A stretch of 63,979 nucleotides of DNA, counting the filler, from Diploschistes diacapsis (lineage: Eukaryota): NCBI GenBank assembly GCA_023645945.1. It is 4 parts of 4 records of this genome, joined end to end, with 100 filler letters (N's around TTAATTAATTAA, not from the genome) between each part and the next. Parts side by side here need not be neighbours in the genome. Positions count along the whole stretch, not along the records: positions 32,600 to 48,725 come from JALAIB010000520.1; 3 more parts are not named here. One strand, written 5' to 3'. Every line of letters starts with the position of its first letter. Within the stretch, counting starts at the first letter, position 1. The position numbers and the translations under genes were made by a program. This document shows positions 33,448-45,632 of the stretch, piece by piece. The notes under the pieces are model-generated. The model searched no databases. It saw only the letters and a program-made list of their open reading frames with translations, and had not been told where the DNA came from.

Positions 33448-34643
33448 TCAAAGTCTCTTGTGCACCCCCTCAACGGCTCCAATCGCCGTCCCTAAGCTCA
33501 CCTCAGCCCGGTGCATGCTCTCCGCCAATTCCTCCAACCCTTCCATCAACTCCATCCGCTGCAGACACGGCTCCGCATCCCAGCATTCCCGCAGCAAGGC
33601 CTTGTCCTCCTTCAAGCCCCACTCCGCTAGCTCCAGTTTACGCCGGACTGTTTCAAACGTCCGAGCTACGCTAAGGTCTGCGTCACCGGTCTTCTTGGTG
33701 TTTTTCTCGTACTTGCGCTCTGTGGCGCTCAGCTGACGGGTGCGGATGACCATTGCCTTGGGAGCCTTGGGGGTTCTCGAGGTTTTCGACGGGACAGAAA
33801 CCAGCTGAAGGCCCCACTTGGAGTTCGGATCGCGAGGCTTGAGGGGGGAGCGATCGGTTTTGGTGAGCTTCGGCATCTCTGGCTGGATCTTGCGAGTGCG
33901 TCGGCGTTTGCGAGAGCACGGCGGCAGCTCTGCGTCCTTTTCGTCGTCTTCGGGCAGAGCGCGTTTGGGGCGGTAGTAGTCGCCGTGGATACGCACTTCT
34001 GCTCAATGCTGAGACTCGGCGGGGAATGATAATCACTTCGTGAAGATTGGTGGAGGGCACGTACCTGGTTGAGCCTGGCCTGGCTTCCATGAATCAGCCA
34101 TTGATGATTGAGTTCGTAGTCTGTTCTCTTCGAAGTCGTTGTTTGCGCCCTTGACGGCCGACAAAAGCTGTGAGAGGGCATTCCGGTTTCTAGTGTCGAA
34201 GCCTGCTTTGTGTGCCGCATGCGCAATCGCTGCATTTCTACCGCCGAGTACAGGCTCTGGCTTCAATCAGCTTCCAAGCTCTACGAACAGCCCGAAAGCA
34301 TTCTCTCGGTAGACTCACGGTTTCTACCAAAGCGAGTGGGCCGCTGAGCACTCAGGGCATTACGGCTATGAGTGTAGGGACACGTCTCTGAGGAAAGCGT
34401 GCAGCGACCCATTTGCCACCACCAGCACGTGTAAGGCTGTGGTGGTGATACGAAATCTCTGTACTCATGGGTGTAGTAGCAGAAGCGGGATCGGCAGTTT
34501 GAGGTGAGCCATTCCCGGCAGGTGATATCTCGGGGATCAGGTTCGCTGTGTCTGTAGTACTGAGGGACTACACAACTATCATAGCTGTCGTGAGGCTGAT
34601 AGTATGCACCCCCTTGAGAAAAAACGTAGGGACGGTAAGACAT
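33448..34643 (-). CDS. Tandem CCCH zinc-finger protein with C-terminal helical region; join(34319..34643,34065..34256,33448..33998)
   Basis: CREWLTSNCRSRFCYYTH and CWWWQMGRCTLSSETCPYTH. Two phase-1 introns (GTGAGT..CAG, GTACGT..CAG) join three track ORFs into 1068 nt in frame. Confidence 0.8.
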
Positions 34644-34954
34644 ATCAACGCCGGTTCATGGGGAGGAAAGAATATAGCGGAAGTTTCGTGGAGTGAGGTT
34701 AGGAAGAAAGAGATGAACTTCTATGAGAAAAAATGGACAGCAAGCTAGAGATACGGATGTTTTGCCAAGACAACGTAGAAGATCTGCACTGGGGAAGGAG
34801 CGAGCTATTTGAACTGATACTGAAACAAGATTGCCTGTGATTGTGTTTTAAATGAACATGTATTTAGATGATTTCGTTCTTCGTGAAGATGTATGACTGT
34901 TGACGATGAAAAGTAGAAACCTCTCATTACCTTACCCTGAGCACTCCTCACAAC

Positions 34955-36439
34955 CTAATAGCTCCGAGGTAGACCAAGCACTTTCTCCCCAACATAATTC
35001 ATAATCATCTCCTCATACGCTATTAGCTGGTGCAGAAGTATATCTATCTGCCCGAGAGCTTACTCTGCTCACTGGTGCTATGCGAGGCACGAAGCACTCC
35101 CGCAGGTATCGTTCTACGTGATATTCTTGAGCGTAGCCCATACCTCCATGAGCGAGGACCTGCAACTTAGCAAAGGAGCACTAATAAGGAAAGACAGACA
35201 CATACAGATCTTTCGCAGGCTGTAAATGCAGCTTCTGCTGCAAGATACTTCGCAGAGTTACAAGCAACGCCCACCGCATGCTGTGTGATTGAGGAGTCAT
35301 GGGTACTCTGATCATACAATCGTGCAGCATGATAAGTTGCAAGCTTCGCCGCCTCAAGATGCATATAGGCACTGGCCAATGGATGCTGGATTCCTTGATT
35401 TTGACCAATGGGCCTTCCAAAGACGACGCGTTCCTGCGCATATCTCGAAGCCTTCTGCAAGGCGGCGTAGCCCAGTCCGAGCGCCTCGCCAGCCAGGAGA
35501 CAACGCTCAGCATTCATACCATGAAGTACCTGCTCAACATCAACAAGATCCTTCGGAAGGCTTCGTGCAGCAGACAATTTTGAAACCGTTACCTTCCTTT
35601 CCGATAAGTGAGTCGACTGGGACCCTATAGTTCTCAAAGAAGACTTCGTTGGCATCTACAGCTCGGCCACCCATCTTCTTGATCCTTTTCAAATCAAGTC
35701 CAGGAGCGTCTCTATCAAAATCAATGAAGAATAACGAAAGACCTTCAGATGGCTTCTTGACCTCTTCTAAAGCTGTAGTACGGGCAAGGAGTATCATTTT
35801 TGTAGCCACCTGCGCCGAAGATATCCAGATCTTTTGACCAGAAACAAAATAGGAATCACCATCACGTACAGCTTGGGTTTTGAGTTTCAAGGTTTCAAGG
35901 CCAGTGCTCGGTTCGGTCACCCCAAAGCACGCTCTCCACTCACCTTTAATCAGACCGGGAAGCATCCGCCGTTTCTGGTCGGTAGTCGCAAACTTAGCAA
36001 CGGGTTGAGTTGCATAGACATTGGCGTGTATAGATTGGGCGCCTGCCATTCCTGCTCCGCTCTGGGAGATGGTCTGAAGCATCATGGTGGCTTCGGAGAT
36101 ACCGAGACCAGCACCGCCAAGCTCTTCAGGCAGCGCAATGCCTAGCCAACCATCTCGCGCGAGAGCAGCATGAAGCTCATGGGGATACTGGCCTGATTCA
36201 TCTCGCTCGGCCCAATAATCGTCGCTGAATTCCGAACAGATCTTGCTCACAGAGCTATGAACATCCAACTGGGTTTCTGAGAAGCCCGTCATTTCCATGA
36301 TTCGATGCTGACATGATTGAGAGAAGTTCCTTGCCGCCTGGTTCAACACTTGACTTCTTGAGCGTGACTGTGCGGAACCATGAAGCAATTTATCTCGCAG
36401 TGTAATTCTCAGCGTATGCCATCCAATGTTTCGCAACAT
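34955..36439 (-). CDS. Acyl-CoA dehydrogenase (probably mitochondrial), 4 exons
   Basis: CFGVTEP.TG, GQKIWIS, HGMNAERC.LA, RVVFGRPIGQNQGIQH, AHGGMGYAQEYHVERYLRE, APVSREMIMNYVGEKVLGLPRSY*; Arg/Ser-rich N-terminal presequence. Confidence 0.93.
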
Positions 36440-36730
36440 GTCAGCCTTGACCTGGAGTGCAAGAAAGGCCTAGATCACTCAAGAAAAATCCGGAATGGGA
36501 CTTGTATAGCCAAACATATGCGCACTTGATTCGAGCAAAGTTGTTATGCAAAGAAGCTGATAGAAAGTATGCACACCAGAAGTAAAGAACCGCGCGAAGA
36601 GCAGTGCCTTAGACTGTTATGAATACAACTTGCTCCAGATGGAGGCTCCCATTTCTATCGAATATCACGGAGAAGTGTCCCTAGTAAGTACATGGTAAAA
36701 TACCACAGTTGCAAAGTAAAAGAGAGCTCA

Positions 36731-36738
36731 TCACGTGA
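36731..36738. promoter_or_regulatory. TCACGTGA bHLH (Cbf1-type) site in the divergent ACAD/INCENP promoter
   Basis: Perfect palindrome midway between the two divergent start codons; function is inferred. Confidence 0.35.
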
Positions 36739-37012
36739 CGGCCTGATCTGGCGTGGCTGCACTAGTACGTATGTAGTAAGCGCGACGAGCTGCCTTTCGC
36801 TCCCACACTTTTGCTTTGTTTACTCTGGACTGCAACCCTTATAAGAGATCCATCACTGACTTCTTTGCCCTTTCGCGATGCATTGAACAGCTCTTACGAA
36901 GCATCTTCCGGATATCAGGATACGGAGGCTATGAGAATCTGATTGTTAACATTATACTTTCTCAGGGCTTCTCAACGATAGCGCTTCGCAGGTCTTACGG
37001 TATCAACGCAAC

Positions 37013-40000
37013 ATGGCCACAGCCCGCGGAAAGGCAACAATGCCACTCGGTTCTTCAGAGTGGATTCAGCAAGAGAGAGAACAGCTCGCGCAATTCAAGG
37101 AGCAGGAGCTTGAAGACTTCGTCTTCTCAGTTCGTAACGAAACAGAATGGCTGAACGAGCATATGACAGATATCTTCAACAATACCCAATTGTCCGTCCG
37201 TCCTAGACTGTGCACAGCTTGGGTACTGACCATAGTATTAGAAACGTTACCGAGATTTTCAAGACACCTGGTAAGCTTAGAGGCAAGACACCACGGACTG
37301 CACGGATGCACAGTCCCGAGATTCGAGCTGTAAGTTTTTCTTCACATCATCTTAGAAATAGTAGCTCATCTCCGAAAGCCGCTTACCGAGATCTTCGGGT
37401 CGAGCAAGAGAGTAAACAGTAGTCCAATACGTCAAGAACCGGCTCGACAAGAACAGAAGCCCTTTCCAAGTCCCAGCAAATATGCTGTTCCATTCGAGGA
37501 GGAAATCAGTCTCAGGGAGCAATGCGCGCCTGTGCCAAAACACACCAAGCAAAGTCATGACTCTGGCTACCATTCCGGCTACCCTGGGATGACAGAAGAT
37601 GAGATGGAAGTTGATGCTCCCGATGCACAACTATTAGTGCCACAAGTCATAGAAGACCACATAGGAATAGATGCCGAAGGCTCAAAAGCAGAAGGAAAGC
37701 GTATGTCTATAGATGGAAGGACAACGGAAGGATCATTCCATTCGGCGAGGGAAAATATAACAGCACGTGATGTTCTAATGACTGATGCTCCAGGACGCGA
37801 AGGTACCGTCCCTCTCGACCTTCCTGGCTCATTCCCAAAAGAGACTTCGTTTCCTCCTGTGCCTCTCAACGTTGTCCCCAATGTCCAGGAACCAAAAGAG
37901 CACACACTGGAGCAGGTAATTGAAGTCGAAGACGGCAGTCATCCTGCAGAAAGCCCTGATTCTACTGTTGATGGTTCAAGTCCTCCCAAACAGCTTGTTC
38001 GGAAAAGCAGTTTGACCTTTGCTGCGCTTCCAGCTCGCGAGCCACTTGCAACGAAGAAGAGCATTGGTCATCAAGCACGGACAAGCAATGCCGATGCATC
38101 AAGGACCGCGACATTCAATCGATCAAGTTATATGGGTAGGTTTACTGGAGGCAAATCACTTGGTGGTAGCCGAATCGCGGATGAAGACCAAATGGATGTT
38201 GATGAGGACGAAAAAGTCTCGGATCGAGAAGATCAAGAAGAACACGCGAAAAAACTGCATAACAAATCATCAACCCAAAGGCTCCATGAGCGAATCAATC
38301 TCTTAGGTAAGACCCAGCCTGCCAGGCCCACCAAATCGATACCTTCAGCTGCGGCCTACCAGCCTACATATCCTGAGCTGCGTGATGACACCGTAGAATC
38401 TGAAGACAGAGATGTCATCCAGGCGTCTGTAAAGGAGTCAAGGGAGGGGCCACAGGCAGATGAGGAGGAAGATTGGATCATGCCCGCGGCACCGAAGGCA
38501 GAAGTCGAGACGCGTCCTACGCTGATCAAGAGCCGATCTGTAGATGTTATGGAGCATATACAAGGAAAAGAAAACATTTCAGGGGCAGATTTTGGGTTGG
38601 ACCCAGGCGAGAGCGAGCAGACGCGACAGCAGTCTCCTCTGCGATACCAGATCGATGCTCGAGGAGCTTCGCCGTCAAAAGCTCATGCTAAAGCTGCGTC
38701 GACTATTGAGTTGGCCTTCTCGGCTCAGCCGCAAACACATGGCAATCAGAAAGCCATTTCAGTGTCAAACCCTACTCTGCCTACGGAGACCACAACACCA
38801 ACTGGATCACCTAACTCCAAATTCTACCTTGATGGTCATTTGAGCGCATCAAAGTCTAAGCTACAATCGATTATGAAGTCAGCAAAGAATCTGTTCTCTA
38901 GCAGCGCTAGAGTTTCGAATCAAGCCAAGATGGAGACAATGTCGCCGTCTCCAATGAAAATGCGAATGCTAGCAGGGCAAGGTCTAAATGAAATTGCAGA
39001 GGTCTCGGGTTCAGAGCATCCAGCATATCCCGACCTCAACCAAGATCGCACTGCGCCACCGGAGAGTCCGGCAAAAGGCAGAAGGACGCGAAGCTCAACT
39101 GAGAAGGAACAGAAAAAGCGCGAGAAAGAGGAAAAGGAGAGACAAAAGGCAGAGGAGGAGCTCAAGAAAGCTAGAGAGCAGGAGAGACAGAAAGCCACGA
39201 AGGTTCCGGACAAAACCAATGCACCAGTTGCTGCTTCAACTATCGAGCCACCTGCGACTGGGTTGACACTTGAGCAGACCTCAAAGCCAATCAGGCAAAG
39301 TCCTCGCAGACTACAGAATCGTGAAGATCATCAGACAGCGGTGAATGAGAGCAAAATTGCTGCCGGTCAATCTGTTCGACCACAGTCTCAGGCCTCTCAG
39401 ATTGCGAAACCCAGAGAGATCCGCCGACCGATGAAGCCGACCAAAGATACAGCTCCGAAGTCAAAGCCACAGCCAGTATCAATTCGCATTGGAACTATGT
39501 CTCAACGCATTCCCCTTAGCAGCACAGCTCTGGCATCTGGTCAACAAGACTCATCAGCTCCTGTTTCTATCCCTGCAAAGCATGTGCCTCCGGCCAAGAA
39601 GCCAAGTATTGCTTCTCAGGCCTCCACAACCGCTCCCAGCTTCAAGAGTTCTGTATCTTCAAACACATCCAAGGCAAAAGCGCCCATTATTCGAAAAGTT
39701 GAACGTAAGCCAACGGCCCAGGAAGAAGCACAGAAGCGACTTCAGCAGCAGCGAGAGACTGTGCGCGCAGCTTTGAGTGAAGATCCAAAGAAGACGGCCC
39801 AAAAACAAGCGATCGATCAAAGGAAGTTGGACTTGGCAAGAAAAGAACAACAAGATAACCAGCGGCTTGGCAACGAGGCAGCGCGATCAGGGAATGCTGA
39901 AAGGACGCAAACACAAGGACCTCACAGACCAGGGTTCGGAGCTTCGAGGCCATTGTCCAGACCAGTTGAAATGCAGGAATTCCCGAAACCACCTATGGGC

Positions 40001-40913
40001 AATCCAGCTCACCCGAAGAGAGTCATCGATTTTGATCATGAAGACGAATTATCACGGGCAGCGAGACCGATCCCTGGTCAAAACTACCAGCCGAATGAGG
40101 CTAAACGCCGAAAGACGGACGATGAGGAGATCTCAGAGCAGCCTGCAAGACCTGCCATTGGCCCTCCAATCCGACAATCAAACATTAGAAAGGTAAGCTG
40201 TAACTCCAAGTGCTGGATGGCTAAAATTTATCAATCTGCAGGACGGTTTTAAGTCTTCACTCTTTGGCGGCAATTACCCCATGGCTCCTCCACCAGCAAG
40301 CATGCATGCTGGTCCATCAAGGCCTCCTGTTGCAGCTCAGCAACATCAGCAACAGCCTCAAGCCCACACTGCTTACCCAACTCGCCCTGGTCATCCAATG
40401 GATATGGCCAAGTTCACTAACGGCAAAATCCCCTTTGCCGACGCACCCAACCCACCACCTCAATCAGCTTATAAAACCCCAATGGCCATCACCAAACAGC
40501 CTGGCCTCGCCCAGCCAACACCCAAGACGTTCTCCCCTATGTTCCAAAATGGCGAAAACATTGTCCTCGACGAGATCGAGACAAGCGAGGACGAAGAGGA
40601 CTCGGACGACGAGCGCGACAAGAAGAAGCGCCTGCCGGACTGGACGCGCACGCCGAACATGAACCAGATCCTGCTGTCGCAGGAGGCGGTCGACACGGAC
40701 GCCGTCTTTGGGCCGGTCGCGCCCGCGAATCTGGAAGAGTGGTTCACAAAGGACAAGAGCCGGTTGCATAAGTTGCGGATGAGGACCAGTAGCGCGAATT
40801 GGTTCGGGCCGGATAGGCTTACGGAGGATGAGGTGAAGAACGACGTCGAGGCGAGGCAGAAGATGAGCAAGGATGGGGGATGGACGTTTGGGTTGTCGAA
40901 GCTTAATGAGTAG
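37013..40913 (+). CDS. Inner centromere protein INCENP (Pic1/Sli15-like), 4 exons
   Basis: N-terminal DFVFSVRNETEWLNEHM.DIF and KTPGKLRGKTPRTAR, a central charged helix, and C-terminal IN-box LPDW....FGP..P.NLEEWF...RTSSANW.GPDRLT. Introns near 37192-37240, 37330-37378 and 40193-40241. Confidence 0.9.
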
Positions 40914-42133
40914 TGGAGTTGCAGCATCTTTTGGGCGGTCGGAGAGATTGTGCTGGAGCTGATTGCTAAGTGGAGAGGTTGGAAAAGTTGCTAATGATTA
41001 CCTACGAACGGCAAGTACGTTTTTGGATCCTTGGCTATAGAGTTTTTGAAGACAGGCATGGGCGCTGGAAGAATCTTGGATGAAGGTTCACGAAGGGGGC
41101 ACGTTGGAGAGGGCCGTCACCACCGCTATCGGGTCTGGTATTCGTGAGAACTCGATTAGCGTTCTGGCTGCTGTATCTCTGGGCGATGCCTGTCCTGCGG
41201 TGTTTGAGGCACAAGTGAGGGTTGTAGAGGTGCTCGGCATTGGTAAATACAGCTCATTCTCATGTCCATTTTGACTTCTCCGTGCTGGTGAATGTGTGTA
41301 AGGGACTACTTATGTTTTCGGGACTGAATACATGGGTGTGCTCCGGATAGTACTATTGCTGGGCACTGTCTTAACTTGGCCGATGTGTTATTGTGTTGTA
41401 AGGTTGGTGTTTGGTACAAATTCCTCTTACAGAGCAGCAGCTTCCATTGTTTTCCCTATTTTCTTTACCTTTCACCTGCTAGGAAGCAGACTTGTCTCGT
41501 CGAGTCATAGAGTCTCTTCTTCATCAGGTCTTTCCTCATCACCTGGCAGGTTTCTGCTTTAATGTCTGTCTCTCGTCAAGGTTCTCCTTGAGCGAGTGCC
41601 TCCTTCATCAGGTCTCTCCCTTATTAAGTGTCGCTTTCATTGAGCCTCTTCCACATTGGGAGTCTCTTTTATTAAGAGGCCTACGCTTCTCCCAACTGAA
41701 CCCTTTTGAACAAGTATTTAAGAGCAAACCAATCTTGATAACAGGTCGAGATACTCTCGTGTCCTGTACATTTTGCTAAGGTAAGCAACACACTGACCTC
41801 CGCCTTTCATGTGTAGCTCAGCTAACGTAGCTTTCAGATACTAGACTATTCCTGCTACCAGAGGCCAAGGTGACCGGGGCTCCTCTGAGTGTCTTCGTTA
41901 GTGAAGTCGACAATATTCTCGTGTTGGAGCGAACTCTCGATCCGTCTTCTGACCTTTAAGAGGACTGCTATATTTGAGGATTGGTGTGTTTATCTGCATA
42001 CGCACTCATGTATTGGGGCGAAAACCTCGACTAATCTTTTTCCCTCCAACAGAACTTCTATATTCGAAACTTGACCTGTTTCTCTATATATCTCGACCAA
42101 CAAGTTCTATATCTGAGACACATCTGACGAACC

Positions 42134-43753
42134 ATGTCGCTATCTCGATGGGATCCGCGATATACAGTGGCCGAGCAGCGGGTGCGCTTTCCACACAAAG
42201 GTTTGTCTTTCGCCTATCGTCGTCTGTATCTTCGGTCTCCTAACCCAGTCCGCAGCTGGCGAGCATAACCTGGTGCCTCATCTCAGACCGGGGCACGGCG
42301 AGCTCGGGCACTTGAACACTATTCGCATCGGCCGACAGAACGACCTCCAATTTCTCGATCTCACCTTTCACAGGACCTTTGGCGGCGAAGCAGATTGGCG
42401 GAGCGTGTATCCATCTGACGGTTCGGGTGTGCTACCCTTGCGTTGGGAGGGAGGATCACTCGTGCTCGGAGCATATGGTAAGCGAAGCCTTGCAAGCACC
42501 AGACCAAAGAGGAACTGACACACACCTACAGACGACGAAGACCTTGGCCTGCAAGTCAGAGCCCACGGGACTTTCAAAATTAAAGTCTTCTTCGCCGACT
42601 GCAACGTAATCGCCGCGAAACCGCGCCCGGTTCCGTTCGCCGGCATCCAGGTCATACCTCCCTCGGACGGGGGTGATATCCGACAGGACTACCTAGTCAT
42701 CCAAGGATCCGAAGCGCAGCAGCTCGAAGGCTTCCTGTCCGGCATCGCCGGCACATTCCACCAGTACTTCCACCATCTTCTGCCCAATGGACGAACGCCA
42801 GCGGACAGGACGCTGGAAGTCGATATTGTTCCGGCGAAAGAACAGAGTCTCTATCCGCGCAACATAGGGGAAGTCAGGATCTGGCTGCAGCACCGCGATG
42901 AAGCTGGCGAGCTCAGGAAGAGGGAGGTTCGCGCTCGTGAGACGGATAGTATGTGGATGGTTAAGCACAGGGCTCGGAAGTATGCGGGAACTGCCAAGGC
43001 TGTGCAGCTACTCTTCTTCCGCAGGACAGAGGATACTGGGGTACTGGAGGAGCTGGAGGGTTGGTTATCAGATCTGGGGTTATTGTCGTAGTGCTGATGG
43101 AGCTAGATTGCCCTACTGTCGGCTCTTACGGGATCAAATCCGTTGAGTATTTCATATTATAATAAAGGATAATTACTGATTACATATAGGGCGACAGTGT
43201 CGAAGTCTTCACGATCAAAAAACCTCCTTCCGAACCTATACTTCGCAAACCTTACGAACCGGTCAAAACTCTAAGGCCAGTTGAAGGGAATATTTTGGAC
43301 GCCGAGGCTATTACATGGGACGATGGCTACAGTTATACGCTGAAGATTGAACTTCAAAACTTGGGGGTGTGTCCAATCCATCGCCTTCAACCTGCAGCTT
43401 CTGTCGAGTCGGACGAGGGAGAGCCTGAGGACGATAGTATCCCGAAGGAAGCGGACCATACATTGCTCGCCAAGGACTACCCTTCGAGCGATGATGCCAA
43501 CAAGCAGGTTGACTCTGGTATCTTCGGTCCGGCCAGTGAAGGTCAGGCCATAGACGAGCCGATAGAGGAACCAGCCAGCGCACCTCCTTCCAACCAAATC
43601 ACCGAGCGTCATCCCTGGGACAGCGGACCGGTAGAGGAATGGCTGCCAGACGCCAATACTGCGACCATCGAGCCACAACCGCCGGAATCAGAGCCCGACC
43701 TCATCGATCTCGGTTCCGAAGGTTCCGACCACGGGTGCTGCTACTTGAAGTGA
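42134..43753 (+). CDS. Divergent member of an uncharacterised ubiquitin-insert protein family (Ubl lacks di-Gly); join(42134..42200,42256..42477,42532..43059,43107..43141,43190..43753)
   Basis: ACCATG start; four GT-AG introns with branch points; 1416 nt with no stop. Motifs LDLTFHRT, GGSLVLGAY-DDE, FKIKVFFADCNVI, QDYLVI, LEVDIVP, Ubl-like ..LEELE-DCPTVGSYGIKS-GDSVEVF and WDDGYSYTLKIELQN all parallel the downstream canonical copy. Confidence 0.78.
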
Positions 43754-44277
43754 TAGATTCGAGGAGAAGGAAAAGGTGGATAGACGACACCATAAGCTGC
43801 TGAACAGCCAGGCCTACGGATGCGGTCTTCACTCGAGGTCTGGAGTATGTCAAATTTGGTAGGAAAACATAAGGTACTGCAAAGATTTTGCAACAGAGTG
43901 TCCAAATGTCCAGGTTAACGAGGCAGATAGGTGCGTCAAATAGTGTGAACTTGCGGTAAATATGTTCGCCTTTTCTTAGGACTATGGAATCTAGGCGGTG
44001 AGCCAGACCAATGCTCACGCCTGTAGATGTTCGAACACTTGCCCAAATCCTCCAAAAAGCCCCTTTGCAACTTGACTTCACTTCTGCACATCTGGCACCG
44101 TCCCTTGCCCTTGCTTACACTTGAGTCTTCGTGTCCTGTTTGCCATATATATTGCCGGCCTCCCCCACTCACGAAAGAGGATTTTCAGAAAAACACCATC
44201 TACTTTGTCAACGGCATCAAGTTGTGAAGCCCATCCCAATTAGCAAGATAGATGTGACTTACTAATGATCACGGCAG

Positions 44278-45632
44278 GTCCAACCACCATGTCAAATAAA
44301 AGCACCTTAAAATGCAGCCTTCGGCGGAATTCCGCTCTCTTCGAGGGCGAGCGCTTAAGTCAGCGGCCACACTATACTGGTGCCTGATAGTTAAAGGCCG
44401 CATTCCTTCCACCCGACATGGGAAACTATCCCCTCTTCCCAACCTCGGAGTTTGCGAAGAAGACGCCAGCAGAAATGGCGGCTGAAGGAGGAGCGATTGT
44501 TTCCGATGTATTATAAGTAGCTGCTGTTAGATTGACGAGGCCGAGAGAGCCTACACGGACAATGCAGAGTGGGAAGCAATGTGGATCAATTTCGAGTCCG
44601 ACCGTCCGTTTGCAATTAAGATTCGTGTCGAAGGCGTTAACGCTATCTTTTGGACGTGATTGCTCCGGCGCCAGAATAGCGGAATGGCACAGCCACCGGG
44701 ACAGGCAAGGTCTGGCAGTATGTGGCCATGCCACTAGGATCGGGATGCTCGGTTGAGGCTCAGGTCACCGGACAAGAGAGGGTGGGCGGTATCGAGTTTG
44801 AGCTCACGCCGCAACCTCTTCTCGTAATTTGTCCTCCTATGTTAGGAGACAGGCGTTACAAAATCTTGGTCAAAACCCCAACGGGGAAAATCGCAAACTT
44901 CTAGTGCACAGTGAGCAGACTATTGACGTGCTAGAAGAGCAGATACGCGACGAGGAAGGAATTCCTTCCGAAAGATCAGCGCTTGATTTTTGCTGGCAGG
45001 CAACTAGAGGGTAAGTGCACAATATCAAGAGTATCATAGCAGGGCTAAGGATACAGCAGATAGTGACACAAACAACATGTGCAAAATAAGGCCACTATGT
45101 GCTTCCATATTTGGACAATAATCGAAGCTGATCACATCTCAGGAGTGCACCCTACACCCAGTGTTACGCATCAGAGGCGGCAGAAGGGTACCAGCAGAGA
45201 CGCAAATGGAATTAGCAGTGGGCGATATGATCACGCAATCGATCAAGAAAGACCTGTACCCCTCTGGCTCTTGGGACAATAGCTAAACCATCGTCTTCAA
45301 CGTTCAGATTCTAAACTCGGGCATGTTTCGCCATGTCACCGGTCTGGCTCCGTCCTCGTCACCAATTACAGCTAAGACGTATGCAGTCTTGAGCTTCCCG
45401 TTGTATAAGCTTCTTGAAGAGACTTTCGCTTATCGCAGGCAACTGCAATGGGGTGAAATCAGTAGGCCATATTAGATAAGGATCAGGAAAGCGAGGAGGA
45501 GGGCTCTGCGTCTGAAGAGCCATCATACAAATTTCCACTCGTGGTAATCAATCCCCAGCGTGCCGGACTTCCTTTTAGGTCTGTTAACGATATGAAAAAA
45601 ATCTCTTCAGAGCATAGATTATGCTTCGTTCT
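44278..45632 (+). pseudogene. Canonical ubiquitin-insert family gene, inactivated
   Basis: FLPPDMGNYPLF, EAMWINFESDRPFAIKI, QYVAMPLGSGCSVEAQVTGQE..GGIEFELTP; ubiquitin ILVKTPTGK..TID..EEGIP..DQRLIFAGRQLE..ECTLHPVLRIRGG; then TIVFNVQILNS..VTG.AP..PITAKTYA. Stops at 44677 and 45284, several frameshifts, and donors mutated GT>AT at 44513 and 45086. 5' limit approximate. Confidence 0.88.
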
